From an uncultured delta proteobacterium (GTDB lineage Bacteria > Desulfobacterota > Syntrophobacteria > Syntrophobacterales > Syntrophobacteraceae), in contig CAWEHK010000037.1 of NCBI GenBank assembly GCA_963808625.1, positions 80,157 through 144,156 on the forward strand: a stretch of DNA of 64,000 bases, read 5' to 3'. Position numbers and translations under genes: made by a program. Shown here in pieces: positions 32,661 to 43,799 of this stretch. The notes under the pieces are model-generated. The model saw only the letters and a program-made list of their open reading frames with translations. It was not told the origin of the DNA and did no database searches. Every line of letters begins with the position of its first letter. Position 1 is the stretch's first letter.

Positions 32661-35388
32661 CTAACCTATTAAAGATGCAAGCTCGATTCTGATTTCATCG
32701 TCCGTCCTGCCCATGGTCTGCAGGAGAGCAATGTAATTCCCCCTTACCGTGTTCGAAGATGGGTGCTCAAGGCCCAGGCTCTTGATGAAAGTCGCCAGCG
32801 CCCGGCGCATCAGCGGCTCCGCCTCGGCCAGGCGGTTCGTCGCCTGCAGCAGTAGGGCCAGGTTGTTGAGGTCGCGGGCGACGTTGGGGTGATCCGCGCC
32901 CAAGCTCGCCTCGTCGATCGCCAGCGCCCGGCGCATCAGCGGCTCGGCCTCGGCCAGGCGGTTCGTCGCCTGCAGCAGTAGGGCCAGGTTGTTGAGGGCG
33001 GTGGCGACGTTGGGGTGATCCGCGCCGAAGCTCGCCTCGTCGATCGCCAGCGCCCGGCGCATCAGCGGCTCGGCCTCGGCCAGGCGGTTCGTCGCCTGCA
33101 GCAGCGTGGCCAGGTTGTTGAGGCGGATGGCGACGTTGGGGTGATCCGCGCCGAAGCTCGCCTCGTCGATCGCCAGCGCCCGCCGCATCAGCGGCTCGGC
33201 CTCGGCCAGCCGGTTCGTCGCCTGCAGCAGCTGGCCAGGTTGTTGAGGCGCTGGCGACGTTGGGGTGATCCGCGCCGAAGCTCGCCTCGTCGATCGCCAG
33301 CGCCCGCCGCATCAGCGGCTCGGCCTCGGCCAGGCGGTTCGTCGCCTGCAGCAGCTGGGCCAGGTTGTTGAGGTCGATGGCGACGTTGGGGTGATCCGCG
33401 CCGAAGCTCGCCTCGTCGATCGCCAGCGCCCGGCGCATCAGCGGCTCGGCCTCGGCCAGGCGGTTCGTCGCCTTGAGCAGCTGGGCCAGGTTGTTGAGGC
33501 GGATGGCGACGTTGGGGTGGTCCGCGCCGAAGCTCGCCTCGTCGATCGCCAGCGCCCGGCGCATCAGCGGCTCGGCCTCGGCATAAAGGGCTTTCTGAAA
33601 GAGCAGCACTCCGACCTGGTTGAGTAATCTGGTAGAAGGCTCGGGAATCCCGACTTCATCGGCGTACGCCGCTGCCGTCCGCGCGTGCGGCGCCAACGGG
33701 TCGAGGACCGGCCAGTTGCGCACGTCCACAGGATCGCCGACAAAGGCGTCGTTCACCCAGTTCAGCGCCTCAGCGAGGAGGCTATGGGTCGGGTCCTCGC
33801 GCTGGCCGCGCCGAGTCACCTCCTGCACCAGTCGGTGCACGCTGAAATAGGGAGTGGTGGCCGCGCGCGTCACCAGGGAGTAGGACTCCAGTTCCGCCAG
33901 GGCGTCGTAGGGGTCGGCTTGAGCGGGATCCTGTCCCGGGACGGGCACGTCCAGCAATGACTCGGGAACGGGCTCCGGGGCCAGCCAGGCCAGACGCTGA
34001 AGGAGTCGCCGGGCCGGCTCCTTGAGCTGATCGAAGGAGGTTTGCCAGGTGATGGCCACGCTCTTGGGGTATTGCATGAGTCGCGAGTCGAACCACGCGA
34101 GCACCGTTTGCCGCTGGCGCTGCCAGGCTTCCAGGTACTGGGCGAAGCCGAGGCGCAGGTGGGCAATGTAGGCGCCGGCCTGCTCCAGCGCCAGGGCGAG
34201 ATAGCCCAGTTTTTCCGCCAGAATGCTCGCCGCGGCGAGATCATTGGCCTGGGGGCGACGTTTCGCCGCAGTCCGCAACAGCAGAAATTCCGCGGCGGCT
34301 TGGGGCGACAGTGTATCGACGGAAACGGCTTCGACCGTGCCGCTCCAGTTCGTCAGGCGGCTGGTGAGCAGCAGATGCCCGCCGGTCAGTTGCGGCAGCA
34401 GGGCTTCGGCCGCGGTAGCGGCGGGCTCCGCGTCGATGTTGTCGAGGATCAGCAGCCAGCCGGGGTGTTGCTGCAGCCAGCCGAGGGCCGCGTCGCGCTG
34501 CCGGCCTTCGTCCTTTTCGTCCTTTTCGGGGAGATCGAGGATCAGCGCTGCGCAGAGGGCGGCCAGGTTGCGGTTCAGGGCTTCGGGGCTGTCGGCGCCG
34601 ACTTGCAGCAGCGCCGTGTAGTCGCCGGCATGACGCCAGGCGTATTCGAGCGCCAGCCTGGTCTTGCCGACACCGCCCATGCCGGTCAGCACCTTCACGA
34701 CGGCAGGCAGGTCGCGGCGCTGGGGAACCGGCCCGAGGCGCCTGGCCAGATCGTCGAGCAGGTCCTCGCGGCCCTTGAAGAGATCGCCCAGGCTCGCGTA
34801 ACGGAGATTGACCGGTTTTTTGATCACTCCGGCTTCAACAAGGATGTCGAGCAGACTCGAACGCCAGATCTCCGCAGCAAGCTGGTCGGCCGTGGCAAAG
34901 TGAATGGCGGGGTAACGCTCGATACTCGCCAGGCGCCGTAGATGGTCTTTCTGGGCAGCTTGCTGGAGCGGGTCCAGCGTGTAGCGGTCGTCGCGCTCGG
35001 CGCCGTCCTTCGGGACGGCGATGATCAGCCGCCGGGCGTGGTACAGGGCCAGCCAGGCTTCCCACTGGGTGTAGGAAAGGGGCGCTCCCCCGGGTTCGAG
35101 AAAGGGGCCCACCGGCAGGCGGCTGCCGAAGTCCGGGTAGCGTTCCCGGATCACCGCCACCGACGGCGCCTGCGCCATCGCACCGGTCATATCGCCCACC
35201 AGGTGGATCACCACGTCGCACTGCCGGATGTACTCGTCGAGCATGTCGAGCGTTTCCGTGCCGGTCACGATGAAGTCTTCCTGCACCTTCACCGTGACGT
35301 TCGGGCGGTCCAGGTAATGGCGCAAGGCGTCCCGGTAGCTGCGGAATTCCGCGCTGACGGTGGACAGGAAGATGCGGACATGGGCCAT
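32661..35388 (-). CDS. DUF4062 - NB-ARC - TPR (NLR-like STAND) protein, frameshifted near 33240
   Basis: IFLSTVSAEF N-terminus; GMGGVGKT, LLILDN, LTSR, LALEQAG, VHRLVQ; 42-aa TPR repeats. Confidence 0.88.
32793..33582. repeat. Intragenic 126-bp near-identical tandem repeats (about 6.3 copies)
   Basis: Encodes AEAEPLMRRALAIDEASFGADHPNVAxxLNNLAxLLxATNRL. Confidence 0.95.
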
Positions 35389-35477
35389 GATTTTTCTTTC
35401 CTTGGCTATTGTTTTATCCGAAGACACACCAGGAGATCATTCGGTGTCCTTGGTCCTCTTCGTGCTGAAAGATGTTA

Positions 35478-35611
35478 GAGAGTGTCCAAAAAGCCCTTCA
35501 ACCCCGTCACCCCAGCGAAAGCCGGGGTCCAGAAGGTTTTGAAAAACCTGGATTCCGGCTTTCGCCGGAACGACGCAATGCGATTCGTGAGAACTTTTTG
35601 GACACCCTCTA
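35478..35611. mobile_element. MITE with AGAGTGTCCAAAAA TIRs enclosing a paired REP palindrome
   Basis: AGAGTGTCCAAAAA...TTTTTGGACACCCT; internal GCGAAAGCCGGGGTCCAG / CTGGATTCCGGCTTTCGC. Confidence 0.7.
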
Positions 35612-35897
35612 GACTCTGTCCAAAAACAACTTGCACTCATTTCAGCCCTTTTTCGAACCACGAAGGACACGAAGGACACGAGGAGCACGAAGAAATCTCT
35701 TCGTGTCCTTCGTGTTCTTCGTGGTAAAAGAAGGCCATCGCTCGTTCCCAAGCTCCAGCTTGGGAACGCAGGCACGGAAGCTCCAGCTTCCCGTGCCTCT
35801 TCAGTATCACGTGGCATCCACTAGTCCGACGAAGCTGGAGCTTCCAAACAGGTGGGTTCCCAAGCCGGAGCTTGGGAACCAGCTTAAAGGGGAATTT

Positions 35898-35990
35898 TCA
35901 GACAGCCTCTAAGTCATGGCTGTCCCAAAAATCTCCGATTTCCCGGTATGACTGGCCGTGTGATAACGATGACTTACTTTTTCTTGGCAT
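35898..35990 (-). pseudogene. Truncated CopG/BrnA-type antitoxin
   Basis: MPRKSKSSLSHGQSYREIGDFWDSHDL runs directly into a MITE end. Confidence 0.65.
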
Positions 35991-36125
35991 AATGAGTCCT
36001 TTCAGCCGCCGTCATATCCCGTGCCGATAAAATCAACGCACGACGATTCATCTTGAAGACAAAGAACACCGCCAAATATCTTCCGCTGCTCGCCTGCCCC
36101 AACGCTGCATAGACATCTTCCAGGG
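35974..36125 (-). pseudogene. BrnT family toxin, C-terminal remnant
   Basis: EDVYAALGQ..GRYLAVFF...ILSARDMT..ER. Confidence 0.7.
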
Positions 36126-36139
36126 TTTTCCAGCACGCC

Positions 36140-37180
36140 CTAACGCTTTTGGGCGCAGCGGAAACAGACCAGATCAAAGCCGCTGTCCGTGGCAACCGGC
36201 TGAATCTTGCGGATGGTGTTGTGGCAGCGCTCACAGACGAGCGGGTCAAGCTGCCGGGTGAGCGGGTTCCAGATCGCCTTCACCGTGCGGGTCCATTTTC
36301 GAAAACGCACCTCGAACATGACCTGAGCGATGGCGACGAGCAGCCGGAGGGCGGCACAGGCCGTGATCGTGATGTCGACCTGGTATTTTTGCTTCAGGTC
36401 TTCGATTTTTCTTGCCATTTCCGAAGGCAAATCCGCGATCTTGGACAGCCGCTCCCGGCGCTGCCCTTCGGCAAGATTCGGGTGTGAGAGGCTGGCCTCC
36501 ATCTCCTGTTTCAGGGCCTCGTAATACTCCCGCGTATTCTTCACATCGCGGTGGAGGCGGCGGCGCATGCTGATGAGGAAATCCGCCAGTTCCTTTTCGA
36601 TGCCGTTCCTGGCGTATCCCATGGCAGCGGAAACGGCAGGTTCGAGCTTGACCGGGAAATGAGGCGGGACCTTTCCCGAAGGGAAGAAATGCGGCTGTGC
36701 CTGCGGCCAGGCCGGCTCCAGTCCTTCCACCACCGCTCCACTCCCTTCATGCACCGCCACCTGCACCAACCCTTCCTTGCGTTCATCACTCAGCGCCACG
36801 TAGCGGCAGGTCAGCACCAGGTAAGTGGTCCGGGCTTCCGCGCGCGCGCCGACCCGCACCTGGCCGTCGGCAAAGATGAGGTCCTTGCCGATGAGCTCGC
36901 CAAAACCCGCCTTTTTCAGGTAGGGGACTTCAATCTGGCCATAGACCACCGGAATGTGACCGGTTGCGGCCTCGACCAGCCGTTCCAGGAAGGGGCTTCC
37001 GTAGAGCAAAGGGGTTTCCTCCGCTCCCAGCGGGGTCTCTTCCGGCAGCCCGAGGGTCTCGGCCAGGTCCGGAGGAAGCAGCGCCAGGACGCGGTCCGGC
37101 AGGCATTCGACGAGGCCGCCGCGCTGTTCGATCAGGTCAACCGCAAAGGACAGCAATTCCGGGTCGGAACCCGTGCTCAT
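36140..37180 (-). CDS. YqhG-like helicase-associated protein
   Basis: Coupled to the SNF2 gene; SDERKE, EYYE coiled coil, C-terminal CxxC...CxxC. Confidence 0.6.
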   Translation of the reverse strand: MSTGSDPELLSFAVDLIEQRGGLVECLPDRVLALLPPDLAETLGLPEETPLGAEETPLLYGSPFLERLVEAATGHIPVVYGQIEVPYLKKAGFGELIGKDLIFADGQVRVGARAEARTTYLVLTCRYVALSDERKEGLVQVAVHEGSGAVVEGLEPAWPQAQPHFFPSGKVPPHFPVKLEPAVSAAMGYARNGIEKELADFLISMRRRLHRDVKNTREYYEALKQEMEASLSHPNLAEGQRRERLSKIADLPSEMARKIEDLKQKYQVDITITACAALRLLVAIAQVMFEVRFRKWTRTVKAIWNPLTRQLDPLVCERCHNTIRKIQPVATDSGFDLVCFRCAQKR

Positions 37181-39536
37181 ACCCCAAAATCCTCCTGGAA
37201 GAGTTTTTCATCGAGCTCTTTGCTCTTTTCATAGCCGGCGCGGGCGCGCTTGAGCCTCCCCGCAAGCGCGTCGAACGCCTTCTCCCGTTCCTTCTCGTCG
37301 GCATGCTTCACCCAGATTTCGTAAACCAGGTCGCTGAATTCCTCCTCTCCCTGAAGCCGTCCGAGGACCATGTCGATTTCCCCCACCACCAGCTCGAACA
37401 TGTTGATCTTGCGGTCAAGGACTTCGAGGATGTGGTCCTCGAGGCTGCCGGCGGAGCAGAAATTGAAAACCTGGACTTCCTTTTCCTGGCCGATGCGATG
37501 GATGCGTCCGATGCGCTGTTCGATCTCCATCGGGTTCCAGGGGAGGTCGTAGTTGATCATCATATGGCAGAACTGCAGGTTGAAGCCTTCGCCTCCCATG
37601 CCCGTCGAAAAGAGGACCGGGCAGCCGTCCCGGAAACGGTCCATGACCGCCTGTTTCTGGGCCGGTGTCAGGCCGCCCTGGAACACCACGTGAGGAATCC
37701 TGCTCGGTCAGCAGGCGCTCGAGGTGCTCCAGGGTGGCGAGGGCATTGGCGAAGAGGATTTTCTGGTCCGATGAGGCCTTGAGCAGCTCGACGACCCTTT
37801 GCGCCTTGCCGCCGGCCCTGATTTCCTTGCCCAGCCTGATGATCGCCGCCACTCCGTTCGCGCCTTCCATTTTCAGGGTCGGCGTGCATCCTTTCCAGCA
37901 TGCGCAGGGCGGCCAGATGGGAAGAACCCGCCGTTTCGAGGAGCCTCCGCAGGGTGAACCGTGACGAACCCGCATCGTTGCGTCCGCCTGGTCCCTGACG
38001 AAATCGCTGACTCCTGGTAGAACGCGTTCCTCCGCCTCGCTGGGCGCAACCCGGACGGTGATGGCAAACCGCGGCGGCAGATGCAGTTGGGTGACGGAGC
38101 GGGTGTTGCGCACCATGACTTCTTTGAGCAGCTGCCGCAGTTGTTCGCGGTTGCGCGGGTCGGTGGGATTGCCGCGGGTCATGAATTCTTCTTTGAAGGC
38201 CTTCAGGGTTTTGAGGTGCCCGGGTTGGAGCAGGGTTACCAGGTTGAAGAGCTCTTCCAGGTTGTTCTGGACCGGGGTGGCGGTAAGCATGAGGAGGAAG
38301 CTCTTTTGATGCTGTTGACCAGCTTCCAGTTGAGCGTCGTCCGGTTTTTCAGGTGGTGGGCCTCATCCACGATTACCATATCATAGGAGCGGGCGATGAC
38401 CGCTTCGAAATGGCGTTTTAGCTTCGCCGTCTGCAATGAGGCCAGGACCAGCGGCTCGTTCCAGAAACGCTCCGGTTCCTGCCGAAAGAGCGCGTCATTG
38501 GTGGAGGCAACAGGAATTGCGAACTTGTTCTGGAGTTCTTCCTGCCATTGGCTCACCAGCGAGCTCGGGGTGAGAATCAGGGCCGTGCGCACCAGCCCCC
38601 GCAGCAGGTATTCCTTGAGGATAAGGCCCGCCTCGACGGTCTTGCCAAGCCCGACTTCGTCGGCCAGGATCGCCCTCCCGCGGAACGTCTTCATGACTTT
38701 GCGCGCGGTTTCCTCCTGGTACCAGAGGGACTGCACGCCGTTGAGGGTGGGCAGACAGAGGAGCTGATCGTAGGAGGTACGGAAGGAAAGCTTGTAGGCC
38801 TTGAGCGCCAGGTCCAGGGTGTCCAGATCCGCTTTTCGGTGGGCTTTCAGGGCATCCAGGAGCGGGTCGGCGTCAGTCCTGAAGGCGATCTTCAGTTCCG
38901 GCAGGTCATCGGCGACGGATCGCACAGCCTGCTCGGCCCGTGCATGGTTCGCGGGTAGTGGTCGCGCCCCCTCCGGTTCAGCGGATACTGGCGCATGTCT
39001 GGCGGCCTGCTTCTTTTCGAGGCGAATGGCGCCACCATCGCCTGGTAAGAAAGAGCTGCGCGCTCCATCGTCTCGCACAGTCCCACGTACTGCTCCACCT
39101 CCTTCAAGACGGCCTTGGTCAGTTTGCCGCGCAGTGGGCATGGGTCGCTCTTAAATTGCTGGTAGACCTCTTTGGCGAGTCGGTAGTCTTTCCGTTCATA
39201 GGCCAACCGTCCGAAGATCAGGCAATTGTTTATGGAGCTCAATTCCTTGTGTTCATAAGCCTGGCACAGGAGGTTGTAGAACGCGTCTCGATCATTCACC
39301 TTCTGGGCCGACTCAATCGCCAGAGCGCGCATCCTCGTATCCGAGGGGTCCATTTTCAGCTTCTTCTGAGCGAAGAGCAGGGCCCGCCTAAAGTCCTGCG
39401 CGCGGAAAGCACTGCTTGCCTGCCAGGTATAATCCTCGGCCTTCTCGTGCTGAAGCTCCCGCAACGCCTGCAGTCGCCTCGATTTTTGTTTCTCCTCGCG
39501 CTGCTTCTTTTTCTTCAACCGTCGATCAATGGCCAT
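37177..39536 (-). CDS. SNF2-family (YqhH-like) helicase with a helical/TPR-like N-terminal extension, several frameshifts
   Basis: LADEVGLGKT, DEAH, LTATPVQN, GEGFNLQ, DLPWNP..EQRIGRIHR. Confidence 0.85.
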
Positions 39537-40319
39537 CAGTCACCATGCAAATCGTGTCCTGATAGAGGTTTTCGCCGCTCCCTGCGACGCTGCAGGGAAC
39601 CGTGATGGGATGGTCGAATCTATACCATTTAAAGCTCGCTTTTGCCACCTGGATCATGTTGGGGGTAAGGAGAGCAATCGCGTATCTTCCCCCTATTATC
39701 TTCAGCAAGTCCTCTGTCTCCTTCCAAATCGCTGCCCCTGAAAACCAGGCTCGATAGCTTGATTGGAAGACGAGCAGAAACAAAGCTGCCTTCGTGCAAT
39801 TCGGCGCGTCTGCTGTTCCAGTCTTTGCGCTGGATGAGCGATCATAGGAAACGTTGACGACGTACCCCATTTGTCCATTTTGAGGCAAGATCGGAGGCCG
39901 GAGTCTGAGCAAGACAAACCGTAAGAGCTCGGAGTTCGCAGAACTTAGAGGAAAGCAGTCGACAACAAGCTGAAGATCGCCGACACGGACGGCGACACAA
40001 GCGATCACTGTTCGTTCCATAAGCAGGTCGAATTGCCGCTGCCGTTCCGTGCAAGACGAGGAGGATTCCCATATGAAACGATATGCCAGAACTGTCAGAA
40101 GACAGGGAACTGGAATCCGTGACGTGATGAGGTGATCAAGTTCGCGAGAAACCGTCAAGATACGGTTTCTACCTGAAATGCGGACTGCGGTGAGACTTTG
40201 ATGAATTCACCCCGGTATCCACTCGTCAAGTTTGCCAAGACGTAAAACGGGGGGCGGCGCGGAAAGCTAAACTCGAGAAAATACGAAATGATCATGAACG
40301 CTACGGTCTTACCCAGGGG

Positions 40320-40707
40320 GAGATGGGCAAGGTTCTCCGGCTGGGGAGCGGTCACCCTGAGCCGATACGAAAACGGCGCCCTCCAGGCAGAGGCCCACGA
40401 AAAGGCCTTCCGCCTGGCGATGGAGTCGCACAATCTGCTGCGTCTTCTCGAAGAAACCTCGGAGGGGGACATTGCCGAGGACAAAAAGGCTCGCATCGTG
40501 CGTGATCTCAAAGCGCTTGAGGAGGAAGCCTGTACTTTGAAGCGAATATTCTGCGATCCTTCGCCGGTGATCACAAGCTCGTCGGTAACTGGCAAGGGAG
40601 ACGAGAGTGCCACATCGAGTCCTGACTGGCTTCTGATCTACAAGATAGAGGAAGGGCGGGTCATCTTCGAACGCACTGGCACCCATTTAGATCTTTTCCG
40701 CAAGTAA
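40320..40707 (+). pseudogene. Chimeric TA remnants: HTH (MqsA-like) antitoxin fragment joined to a YafQ toxin C-terminus
   Basis: GWGAVTLSRYENGALQ..AH; PDWLLIY...RTGTHLDLF. Confidence 0.6.
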
Positions 40708-40849
40708 AGCCGGCTGTGGGTGGAACAGAGGAAGGTTCTCACAGGTGCAAGTAATGTGGACCGCCGCTTTTCGTTGCACACATCTCATTGGTGCGCGCGC
40801 TCGATTTCGTTTGCGGTCCCGATAAGGTTCAGGCTCCATTCAGTCAACA

Positions 40850-41527
40850 TCAAAACATCCCGGCCACTCGCAGGAAGTTATTGAGAATGCACATTGAGAC
40901 CAAACGGTATTCCGCTTCCCGATCAGCGAACGCATGAAGCAACTCTTGTTGCTGTTCGCCAAGATCGCTGCTCCACTCTCGAACGATTTCCCGCGTGACC
41001 TCGGGATGAAACTGGATGCCATAGGCGGTGCGACCGCAGCGGAACGCCTGGTAGGGGCACGTATCCGAACGGGCGAGATGGAGAGCGCCGGGAGGAGGTT
41101 CAAAAGAGTCGTTGTGCCACTGAAACGACAGGAAATGCTTCGGCACCCCGGCAAAGAGCGGGTCCCGTTCGCCTTCATCAGTGAGCATAAGTCTGTGACA
41201 GCCCAATTCTCCGTGCTTTTTGAAAGAGACTTTGCCGCCGAGCACCTCGGCCAGAAGCTGCCCGCCAAGACAGATGCCAAGGAAGGGGATTTCCATGGAG
41301 ACGACTTCCCTGATCTGCTCTTCCAGTCGCTGCAGAAAGGGGAATTCGTCGATGTCCCGGACGGACATGATCCCACCCAGGACAATAACTCCCTGCAATT
41401 GGTCAAGGTTTTCGAGGCCTTCCCCGGCGAAGAGTCGGATCAGGCGAAACCGGACCCGCTTCTCACGCAGCAGATCCATGAGCAATCCGGGCGGCACTTC
41501 GGGATCGTTCTGAACCACCTCAATCAT
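40850..41527 (-). CDS. Class I glutamine amidotransferase
   Basis: LGICLGGQLL, QWHND, QFHPE. Confidence 0.9.
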   Translation of the reverse strand: MIEVVQNDPEVPPGLLMDLLREKRVRFRLIRLFAGEGLENLDQLQGVIVLGGIMSVRDIDEFPFLQRLEEQIREVVSMEIPFLGICLGGQLLAEVLGGKVSFKKHGELGCHRLMLTDEGERDPLFAGVPKHFLSFQWHNDSFEPPPGALHLARSDTCPYQAFRCGRTAYGIQFHPEVTREIVREWSSDLGEQQQELLHAFADREAEYRLVSMCILNNFLRVAGMF

Positions 41528-41973
41528 CTTCAACTCCACTGGTGCGCAAAGGCTTGACAACGACTGCCAGCAAATTGGAAGTCGGCAGTCAGGAGAAGAG
41601 CTCTTAGATCACACGTTGACCATACCCTAAAGAAATCTTGAGGGGAATGATGAAAAGTCAAACGCCAAGTCATTTTGCACTTCATTCCTACTCAGATCAA
41701 GATCAGGATTTTTCCCATGCTCTGAGCTCACGATCACCAAATGAGTCGTCTTAGCACATCCATACCCCCCATAAAAAGACGTCGTAATGAAAAAATAACC
41801 GACATCTCACGAAGCAAACCGCTTGACTTACTCTCGAAATTTCCTTAAATGCATAGAGCGCAAGGCAAGGCAGCCAATGGGCGCAAGCGAAAATCCACCG
41901 CCGAGACGCAGAGAGCGCAGAAAAAACCAAAATAAGTCAATAGTCTCGGCCTCGGCATGAAGGACAGGCATTC

Positions 41974-42231
41974 ATGAAATATTGGCGGACCCCGCTCGAT
42001 TCTGCCGAAATCGAGGTTTCTCGAGGCATCGTATACATTGTCGAAGAGCGCTGCAAGGGCTGCGGCTATTGCATCGCCTTCTGCCCGCGGGACGTCCTCG
42101 AGCTCGCCAACTATTACAACGTCAAGGGTTACCGTCCCCCCATGGTGAAGAAGCCCGATGCCTGCGTCAATTGTCATTATTGTGAGATCATCTGTCCGGA
42201 TATGGCTATTTATTCAGTGGCTGGTGATTAG
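41974..42231 (+). CDS. 2-oxoacid:ferredoxin oxidoreductase delta subunit (2x[4Fe-4S])
   Basis: CKGCGYCIAFCP and CVNCHYCEIICP; operon context. Confidence 0.88.
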   Translation: MKYWRTPLDSAEIEVSRGIVYIVEERCKGCGYCIAFCPRDVLELANYYNVKGYRPPMVKKPDACVNCHYCEIICPDMAIYSVAGD

Positions 42232-42325
42232 TGGCTGGTGGCTGGTGGCTAGTGGCATAGTGGCTGGTCGTCAGGTGATTGGTGGGCACAGAATAGTGGC
42301 CAGTGGTCAGTCCAGTGATCAGTGG
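42216..42325. repeat. Degenerate heptamer array (TAGTGGC/TGGTGGC)
   Basis: 7-nt period overlapping the delta subunit stop. Confidence 0.8.
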
Positions 42326-42431
42326 TTCAGAGCAGGCCACCCGTGCGATGTGCTACCGTGATAGAGCAACGATGACCTGCCGGGTCATGGGCATTAGTGG
42401 TTAGTCGGTGATGAGTGGAGAGAAGTTCGAG

Positions 42432-43601
42432 ATGGACGCAGCAGTATTAACCGGCAAGCATTTCATCACCGGGGATGTGGCGTGTGCCGAAGGGGCCCTG
42501 GCGGCCGGGTGTCGCTTTTTTGCCGGATATCCCATAACGCCCGCCACGGAGATTGCGGAGCGCATGGCCGCCCGCCTCCCGGATATGGGTGGAACCTTCG
42601 TGCAGATGGAAGACGAGATAGCCTCCATGGCGGCCATCCTGGGGGCTTCCTGCGCCGGGGTGAAGAGCATGACCGCCACCTCTGGGCCGGGTTTCAGTCT
42701 GATCATGGAAAATCTCGGTCTCGGCATCTGCACCGAAACGCCCTGCGTGGTGGTCAATGTGCAGCGCGCCGGACCCTCCACCGGCCTCCCCACCCTGGGC
42801 GCCCAGGGCGACATGATGCAGGCCCGCTGGGGATCACACGGGCACTATGAAATTATCGCCCTGGCACCCGCTTCCCCCCAGGAACTTTTCTATGAGACCA
42901 TCAACGCCTTCAATTTGAGCGAAACCTACCGCATACCGGTCCTGGTCATGACCGACGAGGTTACCGGTCATTTGAGCGAGCGCGTGGTCATCCCCGAGGC
43001 CGGGAGCATCAAGCTTTCTTCAAGACCGCGGCCAAAGGGGAGGAAGGACCGTTTCAAACCGTTTCAGCCCGGTCCTAATGGCGTTGCGCCCATGGCCATC
43101 GCGGGGGAAGGTTACGGCATCCATGTCACCGGGCTGACCCACGATGTCAGGGGCTATCCGGTAATGACCGCTGAAGCGCAGGCGGCCATGATTTCGCGTT
43201 TGACCGAGAAGATCCGGAGGAACCTCCACGATATTATCCGCACCGAAAGCTATCGCCTGGAAGATGCCGAAATTGCAATCGTCTCCTACGGCGTCTCCGC
43301 GCGGAGCAGTCTGGCGGCCGTGGATGAAGCCCGGGAACGGGGCATTAAGGCAGGATTGCTGCGGCTGATCACGGTCTGGCCGTTTCCGGAGGAAATTCTG
43401 CGCCGGCTGGCTGAAAAGGTGAAGGCCCTGGTTACGGTCGAGATCAACCTCGGGCAGATTCACCTGGAGGTGCAGCGGTGCGCGGCAGGGCGTGCCCCGG
43501 CGTTTCTCGTCGGCCATGCGGGCGGCGCGGTGATCCCACCGGAGCAGATCATGGCGATGCTGAAAGACATTCAGTCAATGATTCTAAGCCGGAGCGCTTA
43601 A
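42432..43601 (+). CDS. 2-oxoacid:acceptor oxidoreductase alpha subunit
   Basis: GYPITP, QMEDE, TSGPG, QRAGPSTGLPT. Confidence 0.93.
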   Translation: MDAAVLTGKHFITGDVACAEGALAAGCRFFAGYPITPATEIAERMAARLPDMGGTFVQMEDEIASMAAILGASCAGVKSMTATSGPGFSLIMENLGLGICTETPCVVVNVQRAGPSTGLPTLGAQGDMMQARWGSHGHYEIIALAPASPQELFYETINAFNLSETYRIPVLVMTDEVTGHLSERVVIPEAGSIKLSSRPRPKGRKDRFKPFQPGPNGVAPMAIAGEGYGIHVTGLTHDVRGYPVMTAEAQAAMISRLTEKIRRNLHDIIRTESYRLEDAEIAIVSYGVSARSSLAAVDEARERGIKAGLLRLITVWPFPEEILRRLAEKVKALVTVEINLGQIHLEVQRCAAGRAPAFLVGHAGGAVIPPEQIMAMLKDIQSMILSRSA

Positions 43602-43799
43602 GAGCTTGGTGAAAACCTTGGCAGGCTGGAAAGCCTGCCCCACATTTTTGGCACCGGACTGGCCATAGCTCTGATGGAGCACGGCTTTCCAGCCTGCATA
43701 GGCTGATTCAGCTTGTCTGTGGATTTCCAACCTGCGAGGACGTGACCCATGAGTACTCAAGTGGCGCTTTCAAACCAGCCCCGTTGGAGTAGACGTATA

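Noticed and set aside
39526..40158. 210-aa minus-strand ORF upstream of the helicase
   Set aside because: It has no recognisable domain or RBS and is probably degraded sequence.
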